Assembly: GCA_035936835.1 (NCBI GenBank)
Contig: DASYVT010000113.1
Location: 8,072 to 72,071, forward strand
Source of the DNA: Candidatus Methylomirabilota bacterium
GTDB lineage: Bacteria > Methylomirabilota > Methylomirabilia > Rokubacteriales > CSP1-6
Length of the DNA stretch: 64,000 nt
Direction: 5' to 3'
Position 1 is the stretch's first letter; each line of letters starts with the position of its first letter. The position numbers and the translations under genes are program-made. Positions 37,716 through 45,805 of this stretch are shown piece by piece. The notes beneath the pieces were generated by a model. It was not told the DNA's origin, made no database searches, and saw only the letters and a list, made by a program, of their open reading frames with translations.

Positions 37716-38777
37716 GTGGAGATGAACGTGGATTCTAGCTCGATGACGACCCGCGATCCGAACTTGCCCGCCGAGTACTCGGCGGGGCTGGACCGGCTCT
37801 CCCTGGCGCCGCTGTGGACGGCGCTGCACGCGCTCTTGCCTCAGGAGCGTATGACCCGCGCGGTGCCCCACCGCTGGCGCTGGACCGAGATGCGCGGGCC
37901 GCTGCTCGAGGCGGCGCGCCTCGTGCCGATCGAGCAGGCCGAGCGCCGCGTGCTCGTGCTGCGCAACCCGGGCCTGGGTGGAGCGTACGCGGCGACGGCG
38001 ACCTTGTTCGCGGGGCTCCAGATCATCCTGCCGGGCGAGACGGCGCCGAGCCACCACCACACCCCGGCCGCGCTCAGGCTGATCGTCGAGGGGCGCGGCG
38101 CCTTCACGACCGTGGACGGCGTCAAGTGCGCGATGGAGCCGGGAGACCTCATCATCACCCCGCCGATGCGCTGGCACGACCACGGCCACGAGGGGACGGA
38201 GCCGGTGATCTGGCTTGACGGGCTCGACATCCCGCTCGTCCGGAGCTTCGAGGCGGCCTGGGCGTCGAAGATGCGCCCGGCGGCCGCCCCCTCGACGACA
38301 GGCGATTCCTCCCAGGACGAGTTCACCGCCGCGGGCATGGTGCCCCGCGCCTCGCGGTACGAGGACACGGGCTACCCGCAGGTGCGCTGGCCGTGGAGCA
38401 CGGTGCGGGGCGCGCTCGAGGCGATGGCGGCTGAGGCGACGGCCGGCCGGCCGGTCGTCCTCCGCTACGTCAACCCGCGCACCGGAACCTTTCCGCTCCG
38501 CACGATGGGCTGCGAGGCGCAGTGGCTGCGCCCCAGCGAGCGGACGCCGGCAGAGCGCCGGACTGCGAGCGGGGTCTTCCACGTGATCGAAGGCCGCGGC
38601 GAGAGCAAGATCGGGGATGAGACCTTCACTTGGGAGCAGGGCGACTGTGTCGCCGTTCCGCCCTGGCAGTGGGTCCAGCACCAGAACCTCTCGGCGTCGG
38701 CTCCGGCCTGTCTTTTCCACTTCAATGACGAGCCGGCGCTGCGCGCGCTCGGGCTCTGGATGGAAGAAACGCGTTAA
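37716..38777 (+). CDS. Gentisate 1,2-dioxygenase family bicupin
   Basis: LVLRNPGL...ATATLFAGLQIILPGETAPSHHH...WHDHGH motifs characteristic of gentisate/salicylate 1,2-dioxygenases. Confidence 0.8.
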   Translation: MEMNVDSSSMTTRDPNLPAEYSAGLDRLSLAPLWTALHALLPQERMTRAVPHRWRWTEMRGPLLEAARLVPIEQAERRVLVLRNPGLGGAYAATATLFAGLQIILPGETAPSHHHTPAALRLIVEGRGAFTTVDGVKCAMEPGDLIITPPMRWHDHGHEGTEPVIWLDGLDIPLVRSFEAAWASKMRPAAAPSTTGDSSQDEFTAAGMVPRASRYEDTGYPQVRWPWSTVRGALEAMAAEATAGRPVVLRYVNPRTGTFPLRTMGCEAQWLRPSERTPAERRTASGVFHVIEGRGESKIGDETFTWEQGDCVAVPPWQWVQHQNLSASAPACLFHFNDEPALRALGLWMEETR

Positions 38778-38867
38778 TTCATCACGTGCACCGTGGTGCG
38801 CCCGAGCTGAGGGGCGACTCGATCGCCCCGAGTGCCAATCTAAAGGAGCATTGCGCTGAAGGCCCGG

Positions 38868-39287
38868 CTAGCTCTTGGTCAGCCCGAGGGCGCCCGTGCC
38901 GAGGAAGCACTGGGCGAGGATCGCAGCCAGGACGAACAGCGCGTACTCGTAGCCCACCACGTCCGCCTTGCCCCACGCGGCGTCGATGATCACCCCTCGC
39001 AGGAAGAACCCCTGGTCGAACTGGAACAGCACTACCGCCCCCATCATGATGGGCAGGTTCGCCATCGCCGCAATGCGAGTGAAGACCCCGAGGATCAGCA
39101 TGATGCCGCCGACGAAATGGGCGAGGAGTATGTATGACGTGATGTAGTCGCCGAGGGGCAGGCCGAGCCGCTTGGTGATCATCGCGCTGGGCGCGTCGGA
39201 AGTGACTACGTCGTAGACGTAGTAGCCGTGGGCGATAAAGACCACGCCCAGCATGATCCGGAGAACGGCGGCGCCGAGTGGGCGCAA
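38868..39287 (-). CDS. DoxX family membrane protein
   Basis: 139-aa protein with 4 TM segments and a DoxX-like pattern. Confidence 0.7.
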   Translation of the reverse strand: MRPLGAAVLRIMLGVVFIAHGYYVYDVVTSDAPSAMITKRLGLPLGDYITSYILLAHFVGGIMLILGVFTRIAAMANLPIMMGAVVLFQFDQGFFLRGVIIDAAWGKADVVGYEYALFVLAAILAQCFLGTGALGLTKS

Positions 39288-39332
39288 AGCAACTTCTACT
39301 CCCGGATTCTACCCCGTGCCGCGCGCGGCACT

Positions 39333-40286
39333 TCAAGAATTCTGGGCTTCGATCTCCCGCGCCGCCGGGAGGCCCGGCAGTGACGTCGCGCAGAGCACGG
39401 CTCGCGCGATCGCCGCCGCCACGGCCTCCGCCGCCGCCCTGCCCAGCGACGCGAGATCGGCCCGCGCGTCCCCGACGGACAGGCAGAAGAGGGCGTCGCC
39501 GTCCGTCGGCAGGTGAGGGGGAGAGAGCGCCCGCTCGAATCCCTGGAGGCCCAGCCGCGCCACGCGCGCGGCCTCGGCCTTGCCGAGGGCGGCCGACGTG
39601 ACGACGACGCCGATGGTGGTGTTGACGGGGCGGAATCCGGGAGGCGGTGCGCCGCTCTCGAGGGCCGCGGCTGAGTCCACCAGCCGCCTGCCGTCGGCCG
39701 CGTCCCGCGCTCCCGCAATGAGGCGGCCCGTGACGGGGTCGCGCACGTCGCCGACCGCGTTGACGACCATGAGCGCGGCCGTGACGACGCCATCCCGCTC
39801 CACGCGCGAGACGCCGAGGCCGCCGCGCATGGCGCGCTCGATGCCGTAGAGCTTCCCCACCGTCGCGCCCGTCCCGGCGCCCACGCTGCCTTCCTCCACC
39901 GGCCCCGGCCGGGCCGCGGCGCACGCGGCGTAGCCCATGGCGCGGTCCGGCCGGACGCGGTGATCGCCCACGTTCAGATCGAAGATGATCGCGCCCGCGA
40001 CGTGCGGCACCACGGTGCGGGAGACCGGGAAGCCCCGGCCATGCTCCTCGAGATACTCCATCGCGCCCCAGACGGCCTCGAGGCCGAAGGCGCTGCCTCC
40101 TGCTAAGACGATGCCGTCCACCGTCGGCGCCAGGTGGCGGGGGTCGAGGAACTCGATGCCGTGGACCCCCGCCGCCCAGCCGGCGATCTCGAGCGCGCCC
40201 ACCGCCGGCCGCTCAGGCAGGATGGCCGTGCAGCCGGTGAGCGACCGGAGATCGGTGACGTGGCCCACGTGGACGCCCGGAATCAC
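39333..40286 (-). CDS. Peptidase S58 (DmpA / P1 aminopeptidase) family protein
   Basis: DmpA/ArgJ-fold motifs (VGHVTD, TGCTAIL, GAGTGATVG). Confidence 0.75.
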   Translation of the reverse strand: MIPGVHVGHVTDLRSLTGCTAILPERPAVGALEIAGWAAGVHGIEFLDPRHLAPTVDGIVLAGGSAFGLEAVWGAMEYLEEHGRGFPVSRTVVPHVAGAIIFDLNVGDHRVRPDRAMGYAACAAARPGPVEEGSVGAGTGATVGKLYGIERAMRGGLGVSRVERDGVVTAALMVVNAVGDVRDPVTGRLIAGARDAADGRRLVDSAAALESGAPPPGFRPVNTTIGVVVTSAALGKAEAARVARLGLQGFERALSPPHLPTDGDALFCLSVGDARADLASLGRAAAEAVAAAIARAVLCATSLPGLPAAREIEAQNS

Positions 40287-40345
40287 GGCCGCACTCTAGC
40301 AAATTCTGGCGGCGCCCGACCCCGTGATGCTAGTCTCGAAGTGAC

Positions 40346-40693
40346 ATGCGCAGGGATCGCTCCCCAGAGGACGAGCAGGACGCCGGCCCGCTGCGGGACG
40401 AGCGGCCGCCGCGGCGTCCCTGGGCCCTCATCGCCGCCTGCCTGGTCCTCGTGGTGCTCTCGGCGGTGCTCTGGGTCAAGTGGTCCGGTGCGCGGCACGA
40501 AGCGGCCAAGCTCCAGAAGGAAATGACGCGCGTCTACAAGGAAGCCGAGGACCTGCGACTGCAGGCGGCCCTGGCCCAGGAGCGCATCGGCAAGTTCGAA
40601 CGGGACCTCCGCGCGCTGCACGCCGAGCGGGAAGCGGCGACCAAGGCGGGGGACGACAAGGCGCGGGGCGCCAAGCCGCCCGCTCGCTGGTAA
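40346..40693 (+). CDS. Membrane-anchored coiled-coil protein
   Basis: N-terminal TM helix (WALIAACLVLVVLSAVLWV) followed by a charged heptad-like region. 11 nt upstream of the cNMP-binding gene. Confidence 0.5.
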   Translation: MRRDRSPEDEQDAGPLRDERPPRRPWALIAACLVLVVLSAVLWVKWSGARHEAAKLQKEMTRVYKEAEDLRLQAALAQERIGKFERDLRALHAEREAATKAGDDKARGAKPPARW

Positions 40694-40709
40694 CGCCGAA
40701 GGAGGCCGC

Positions 40710-41219
40710 ATGGAACTGATCGGCAGGATCCTCGACGGTTCGATCCCGCAGGACCTCAAAGATGCCCTGCGCCGAGCGGACCCCTCCGGGCCTCGCGTGA
40801 GCCATGACGAGAAGATCCGTCACCTGGAGGAAGTCCCGCTGCTCGCCGACTGCACCCAGAAGCAGCTGCGCTCGCTCTCCGACATCTCGCGCGTGGTCGA
40901 GGTGCCCGAGGGCACGTCGCTCACGCGGGCCGGGCAGCCCGGCGACGAGTTCTTCGTCATCCTCGACGGGTCGGCGGCCGTGGAGAAGCCGGGTAAGAAG
41001 CGGGTCTTCCTCAAGCCCGGCGATTTCTTCGGCGAGATGAGCCTCCTCGACGGAGGACCGCGCTCCGTGACGGTGCGGGCGGCGACGTCGCTCCGCGTGC
41101 TGGTGATCGACAGGAAGAACTTCCAGGAGCTGTTGCGCGAGGTGCCCGAGCTGACCCAGCGGCTCCTCGTCACGCTGTCCCGCCGCATCCGCTCGCTCGA
41201 GAGCGCCGACCGCAGCTGA
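40710..41219 (+). CDS. Cyclic nucleotide-binding domain protein (stand-alone cNMP-binding, no HTH)
   Basis: CAP-family cNMP-binding signature (GDEFFVILDGSAAV...PGDFFGEMSLLDGGPRSVTVRA). 169 aa. Confidence 0.8.
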   Translation: MELIGRILDGSIPQDLKDALRRADPSGPRVSHDEKIRHLEEVPLLADCTQKQLRSLSDISRVVEVPEGTSLTRAGQPGDEFFVILDGSAAVEKPGKKRVFLKPGDFFGEMSLLDGGPRSVTVRAATSLRVLVIDRKNFQELLREVPELTQRLLVTLSRRIRSLESADRS

Positions 41220-41250
41220 CCTGTTGAGACGTTGCGACTGGGTAGGAGCG

Positions 41251-42342
41251 CTAGCTGGCGGCGCGGTCCCAGGCTTTGAGCAGGCGGTCGTTGTTTTCGC
41301 GGGTGCTGACGGCGATCCGGAGATGGCCGGGGAAGCCCACGGCCGCGCCGTCCCGCACCAGGATCCCCGCCTTGAGGAGAGCCGCCCTGAGCGCATCCGC
41401 CTGCCCGCCGACACGCGGGAGGATGAAGTTCGACTGTGAGGGGGGCGCGGGCGCGCCGCGCCGCGCCACTTCAGCGAGGAGCCTCGGGCGCTCGGCGAGG
41501 ATGAGCGCGCGGGTCCGCTCGAGATGCGCGGCATCCTCGAGCGCCGCGACGCCCGCGACCTGGGCGAAGCGATTGACGTTGAAGGGTGCGCGCACGCGGC
41601 CCAGCCAGCTGATAACCTCCTCCTGCGCCACCGCATAGCCCACCCGCAGCCCCGCCAGCCCCGCGATCTTCGAGAAGGTGCGGAGCGAGATCAGCCGCGG
41701 GTACCGCTTCGCGAGCGGGACGCCGTCTGCCGTCTCCGGATCGTCGCAGAAATCGCGGTACGCCTCGTCGAGGACCACGAGCGGCGGGTCATCGCCGAGC
41801 GCGGCGAGGAACCGCTCGAGCGGCTCGCGTCTGATAATGGTCGTCGCCGGGTTGTGAGGCGTGCAGAGGAAGACGGTCTTGGTGCGCGGGGTCACGCGCG
41901 CCAGGATGTCGTCGAGGTCGGTGTCGTAGCCCTTGAGCGGGCTTCTGATGGGCGTGGCGCCCGAGAGGCGCGCCTCGATGTCGTAGGGCTCGAAGGCCGG
42001 GTGCGGCATCAGGATCTCGTCGCCGGGCTCGAAGGCCGCGCGCGCGATGAGCCCCAGGATCTCGTCGCCGCCGTTGCCGGCGATGATCCAGCCTGGCGGA
42101 ACACCCAGCCGCCGCCCGATCGCTTCGCGGAGCGCCGTCGAGCCGCCGTCCGGGTAGAGGTGGGCGCGCGGCGCTTCGCGGCGCAGCGCTTCGATGACCA
42201 TCGGGGAAGGGCCCAGCGGGCTCTCGTTGGCCGAGAGCCTGAGGATGGCCGCCAGCCCCAGCTCCTTCTCGAGCGCCTCGAGCGGCTTGCCTGCCTCATA
42301 GGGCGTCACTGCCGAGAGCGCCTCGCGCCAGATCCGTCTCAT
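41251..42342 (-). CDS. hisC: Histidinol-phosphate aminotransferase
   Basis: Motifs LSANESP, RTFSKIAGLAGLRVGY (PLP lysine) and class-II aminotransferase length. Confidence 0.85.
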   Translation of the reverse strand: MRRIWREALSAVTPYEAGKPLEALEKELGLAAILRLSANESPLGPSPMVIEALRREAPRAHLYPDGGSTALREAIGRRLGVPPGWIIAGNGGDEILGLIARAAFEPGDEILMPHPAFEPYDIEARLSGATPIRSPLKGYDTDLDDILARVTPRTKTVFLCTPHNPATTIIRREPLERFLAALGDDPPLVVLDEAYRDFCDDPETADGVPLAKRYPRLISLRTFSKIAGLAGLRVGYAVAQEEVISWLGRVRAPFNVNRFAQVAGVAALEDAAHLERTRALILAERPRLLAEVARRGAPAPPSQSNFILPRVGGQADALRAALLKAGILVRDGAAVGFPGHLRIAVSTRENNDRLLKAWDRAAS

Positions 42343-42356
42343 GGGCCGTTATTGTA

Positions 42357-42440
42357 ATTCGAGGCGCAGCCGGAGGCGAGCCGAGTGCTGGGTAGATCGT
42401 TCGAGGCGCAGCCGGAGGCGAGCCGAGTGCTGGGTAGATC
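42357..42440 (+). repeat. Perfect 42-nt tandem direct repeat (TTCGAGGCGCAGCCGGAGGCGAGCCGAGTGCTGGGTAGATC x2) in the hisC-glnD divergent intergenic region. Followed by a TTGACA-N17-TAGGGT promoter-like element.
   Basis: Identical copies read directly from the sequence. Confidence 0.75.
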
Positions 42441-42502
42441 ATCCCGCCGTCCAAGTCCGCGCCACGTTTGACATCCCTGGCCCTGCCATGTAGGGTTTCG
42501 AC

Positions 42503-45208
42503 ATGTCTGCGGACTTGTTCCGCCAACTCCGGCGCGTGGAGGCGCAGGCGGAGCGGGGCTTCGAAGGCACGGCCGCCGAAGGTGCGGAGCGCCGGCGCCG
42601 GCTGAGGCTCGAGCTCCTCCGCCAGCACCTTGCCCAGAACGTCGATTTCCTCAAGGCCGCCCACCTCGGCGGCGCCTCGGGCCAGCAGTCGGTGCAGGCC
42701 TATGCGGCCTTCATGGACGGCTTCCTCTCGACGATCTTCCGCCTGGCCGTGGAGGACGCCAAGAAGGAGGGCGCCGTCCCCGGGGTGATCGTGCTCGTGG
42801 CCCTGGGCGGCTACGGGCGCGGGGAGCTGGGCCCGCTCTCCGACTTGGACCTCATGGTCATCTACGACGGGGAGATGGGGCCCTTCGTCCAGCGCGTCAC
42901 ACAGGTGCTGCTCTACACGCTGTGGGACCTGGGGTTGACGGTCGGGCATTCGGTCCGGAGTCTTCCCGACTGCGTCGCCATGGCCCGCACGGATTTCGCG
43001 TCGCGTACCTCCATGCAGGAGGCGCGCTACGTGGTCGGCGACCGGCGGCTCTTCCAGCGCTTCCGCCGCGTGCTGGCCGAGAACGTCTACCGCAAGGACT
43101 TCGGCCAGTTCCTGGAGACGGCGCTGACCGAGCGGGACCAGCGCTACCGGAAGTTCGGCGGCTCGCCCTACATGGGCGAGCCCAACGTCAAGGAGTCGGC
43201 GGGCGGCCTGCGAGACCTCCACACGGCGATGTGGCTCGCCTCGACCAAGTTCGGCGCGCGCACCCTGCGGGATCTCCTCGAGAAGGGGCTGATCACCCAG
43301 CGCGAGGAGCGGCTGACGGACGCGGCCCTGACCTTTCTCTGGCGCGTGCGCAACGAGCTCCACTTCCTCTCGGGCCACAAGAACGACGTGCTCTCGCGCG
43401 ACGTCCAGCCGCAGATCGCCAAGCGCTTCGCGTACGAGAGCGACGAGGTCTCGCTCGACGTCGAGAAATTCATGCGCGACTACTACCTCCACGCCCGCGT
43501 CATCCACCGGGTGTCGAGCCGCCTGATCGCGCGCTGCCAGGAGACGCTCTCGCGGAGAGGCACCGCGCTGCGCCGGCTCCGCCAGGAGGCGCTGGCCGAC
43601 GGGCTCTTCGTGATGGACGAGCGCATCCACCTCGTCCACCCCGACGGGCGCGACTTCCGCGCCGAGCCCGCGCGGCTCATGAAGGCCTTCTGGCACTCGC
43701 ACCGGCTCGGGTTCGAGCTGGGCGTGGACGTGGAGCGGGCGGTTGAGGAGGCCCTCGACCTCGTGGACGACGGCTTCCGCCGCTCGCCGGAGGCGCGCGA
43801 ACTCTTCCTCGACATCTGCCGCAACTGGGGACGCGTGGCGCAGACGCTCCGCCAGATGCACGAGGTGGGCTTTCTCGGGCGCTACCTGCCCGAGTGGGAC
43901 GCGCTGACCTGCCTCGTCCAGTACGACGTCTACCACAAGTTCACGGCGGACCAGCACTCGCTCCTCGCCGTGGAGAATCTCGAGGCGCTGGCGCCCGGCG
44001 CGTCCGCCTCCTCCGAAGGGATCGCGCAGGTCCTGAACGAGGTCCACCGGCCGGACCTGCTGATGCTGGGCATGCTCCTGCACGACATCGGCAAGGGCAA
44101 GGGGCACGGCCACGTCGCCAAGGGCATTCCGCTCGCCGAGGAGCTGACGGCGCGCATCGGGCTCGAGGGAGAGGCCGCAGGCGCGGTGGTCTTCCTGGTC
44201 GCCCAGCACGTCGCGCTCTCGCACATCGCCCAGCGGCGTGACGTCAACGATCCCAAGACGGTCGAGGCGCTGGCCGCGCTCTGCGGCACGCCCGAGCGCC
44301 TCCGCAAGCTCTACCTTCTCACCTTTGCCGACATGCGTGCCGTCGGCCCCGGCGTCATGACGGGCTGGCAGGCGCAGATCCTCTGGGAGCTCTATGGCGC
44401 CGCGCTCCAGCGGTTGACGGGCGGCCGCCCTGAGAAGCTCACGCTCCAAGACGTCGCCCAGCGCGTCCTGACCGAGCTCCGGGACGCAGGCCTCAAGCGC
44501 GCGGTGCCGGGGCACCTCGCCATGACCTCGGAGCGCTACTTGGCGACGACACCGCCGGCGAGGATCGCCGCGCACATGCGGCTCATCGAGCGCCTCGAGG
44601 ACGAGCCGGTGGCGACCGAGCTCTTCCACCACCCGGACCTGGGCTCCTCGGACCTCGTCATCGTCACGCGCGACGTGCCGGGGCTCTTCTCCCTCATCGC
44701 GGGCAGCCTGGCCGCCAACGGCATCAACATCCTCTCGGCCCAGATCCACACACGCGCCGACGGCGTCGCCATCGACACCTTCCAGGTCAACGACCCCTTC
44801 GGCGAGGCGGTGACCGAGGAGGCGCGCTGGCGCCGGACGCTCCAGTCGCTGCGCCGCGTGCTCCTGGGCGAGCAGACGGTGGAAGAGCTCCTGGCCGCGC
44901 GGCGGGGCAGCCGCTCCGGCGACGAGCCGGTCCCGGGCCCGGCCAAGGTCTCCGTCGACAACCACCTGTCGGACACGCACACCGTGGTCGAGGTCAAGTG
45001 CCCCGACCGCGTGGGCCTCCTCCACCTCATTACCCGGACGCTGGCGGGGTTCGAGCTGTCGATCGCGAGCGCGCGCATCGCCACGGACATCGACCACGCC
45101 TTCGACACCTTCTACGTCGCGGACCCGCACGGCCTCCGCATCGAAGATCCCGACGAGATGGCCCGCGTGCGGGGAGCGCTGGAAGACGCGCTCCTGAAGC
45201 CGCTGTAG
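42503..45208 (+). CDS. glnD: [Protein-PII] uridylyltransferase / uridylyl-removing enzyme
   Basis: Nucleotidyltransferase region (GGYGRGELGPLSDLDL), HD domain (LLHDIGKG) and two C-terminal ACT domains. 901 aa. Confidence 0.9.
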   Translation: MSADLFRQLRRVEAQAERGFEGTAAEGAERRRRLRLELLRQHLAQNVDFLKAAHLGGASGQQSVQAYAAFMDGFLSTIFRLAVEDAKKEGAVPGVIVLVALGGYGRGELGPLSDLDLMVIYDGEMGPFVQRVTQVLLYTLWDLGLTVGHSVRSLPDCVAMARTDFASRTSMQEARYVVGDRRLFQRFRRVLAENVYRKDFGQFLETALTERDQRYRKFGGSPYMGEPNVKESAGGLRDLHTAMWLASTKFGARTLRDLLEKGLITQREERLTDAALTFLWRVRNELHFLSGHKNDVLSRDVQPQIAKRFAYESDEVSLDVEKFMRDYYLHARVIHRVSSRLIARCQETLSRRGTALRRLRQEALADGLFVMDERIHLVHPDGRDFRAEPARLMKAFWHSHRLGFELGVDVERAVEEALDLVDDGFRRSPEARELFLDICRNWGRVAQTLRQMHEVGFLGRYLPEWDALTCLVQYDVYHKFTADQHSLLAVENLEALAPGASASSEGIAQVLNEVHRPDLLMLGMLLHDIGKGKGHGHVAKGIPLAEELTARIGLEGEAAGAVVFLVAQHVALSHIAQRRDVNDPKTVEALAALCGTPERLRKLYLLTFADMRAVGPGVMTGWQAQILWELYGAALQRLTGGRPEKLTLQDVAQRVLTELRDAGLKRAVPGHLAMTSERYLATTPPARIAAHMRLIERLEDEPVATELFHHPDLGSSDLVIVTRDVPGLFSLIAGSLAANGINILSAQIHTRADGVAIDTFQVNDPFGEAVTEEARWRRTLQSLRRVLLGEQTVEELLAARRGSRSGDEPVPGPAKVSVDNHLSDTHTVVEVKCPDRVGLLHLITRTLAGFELSIASARIATDIDHAFDTFYVADPHGLRIEDPDEMARVRGALEDALLKPL

Positions 45209-45796
45209 ATGCTCGGTCACTACAAGGCCCCGCTGCACCGTTTCTTCGACCCTGTCGCGCGGCTCCTCTTTCGCGCGCGGGTCCGCCCGAACCATCTCAC
45301 CGTGCTGGGGCTCGGCGTGAGCATCGCCGCGGCCTACGTCTTCTCCGTGGGGCGCCTGCGCTGGGGGGCGGCGCTGCTCGCGGTGGCGGGGCTCTTCGAC
45401 TTCTTCGACGGTGCGGTCGCGCGCCTCGCCGGCTCGGACAGCGACTACGGCGCGTTCCTCGATTCCGTGGTGGATCGCTACTCGGACCTGGCCGTCCTGC
45501 TCGGCATCCTGGTCTACTACGAGCACACGACCGACACGCCGGGCGCGATCCTGACCATGGCCACGCTCGCCGGCACGGTCATGGTCAGCTACACGAAGGC
45601 GCGCGCCCAGTCCATCGGCGTGAGTTGCGAGATCGGCGTGATGGAGCGTCCGGAGCGGCTCATCGCTCTCATCGTGGGGGCGACGTTCCATCTGCTCACG
45701 CCCGTCATGGCGCTGCTCGCCCTGCTGACCAACCTGACGGCGATCCAGCGGATCGTCTACACCCGGAAAATCGCCCGCGACACGTCCCTGCGGTAG
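45209..45796 (+). CDS. CDP-alcohol phosphatidyltransferase family protein
   Basis: Motif DFFDGAVAR...G...D..D..D. The ATG immediately follows the glnD stop (TAGATG). Confidence 0.8.
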   Translation: MLGHYKAPLHRFFDPVARLLFRARVRPNHLTVLGLGVSIAAAYVFSVGRLRWGAALLAVAGLFDFFDGAVARLAGSDSDYGAFLDSVVDRYSDLAVLLGILVYYEHTTDTPGAILTMATLAGTVMVSYTKARAQSIGVSCEIGVMERPERLIALIVGATFHLLTPVMALLALLTNLTAIQRIVYTRKIARDTSLR

Positions 45797-45805
45797 ACTC
45801 GAAGT

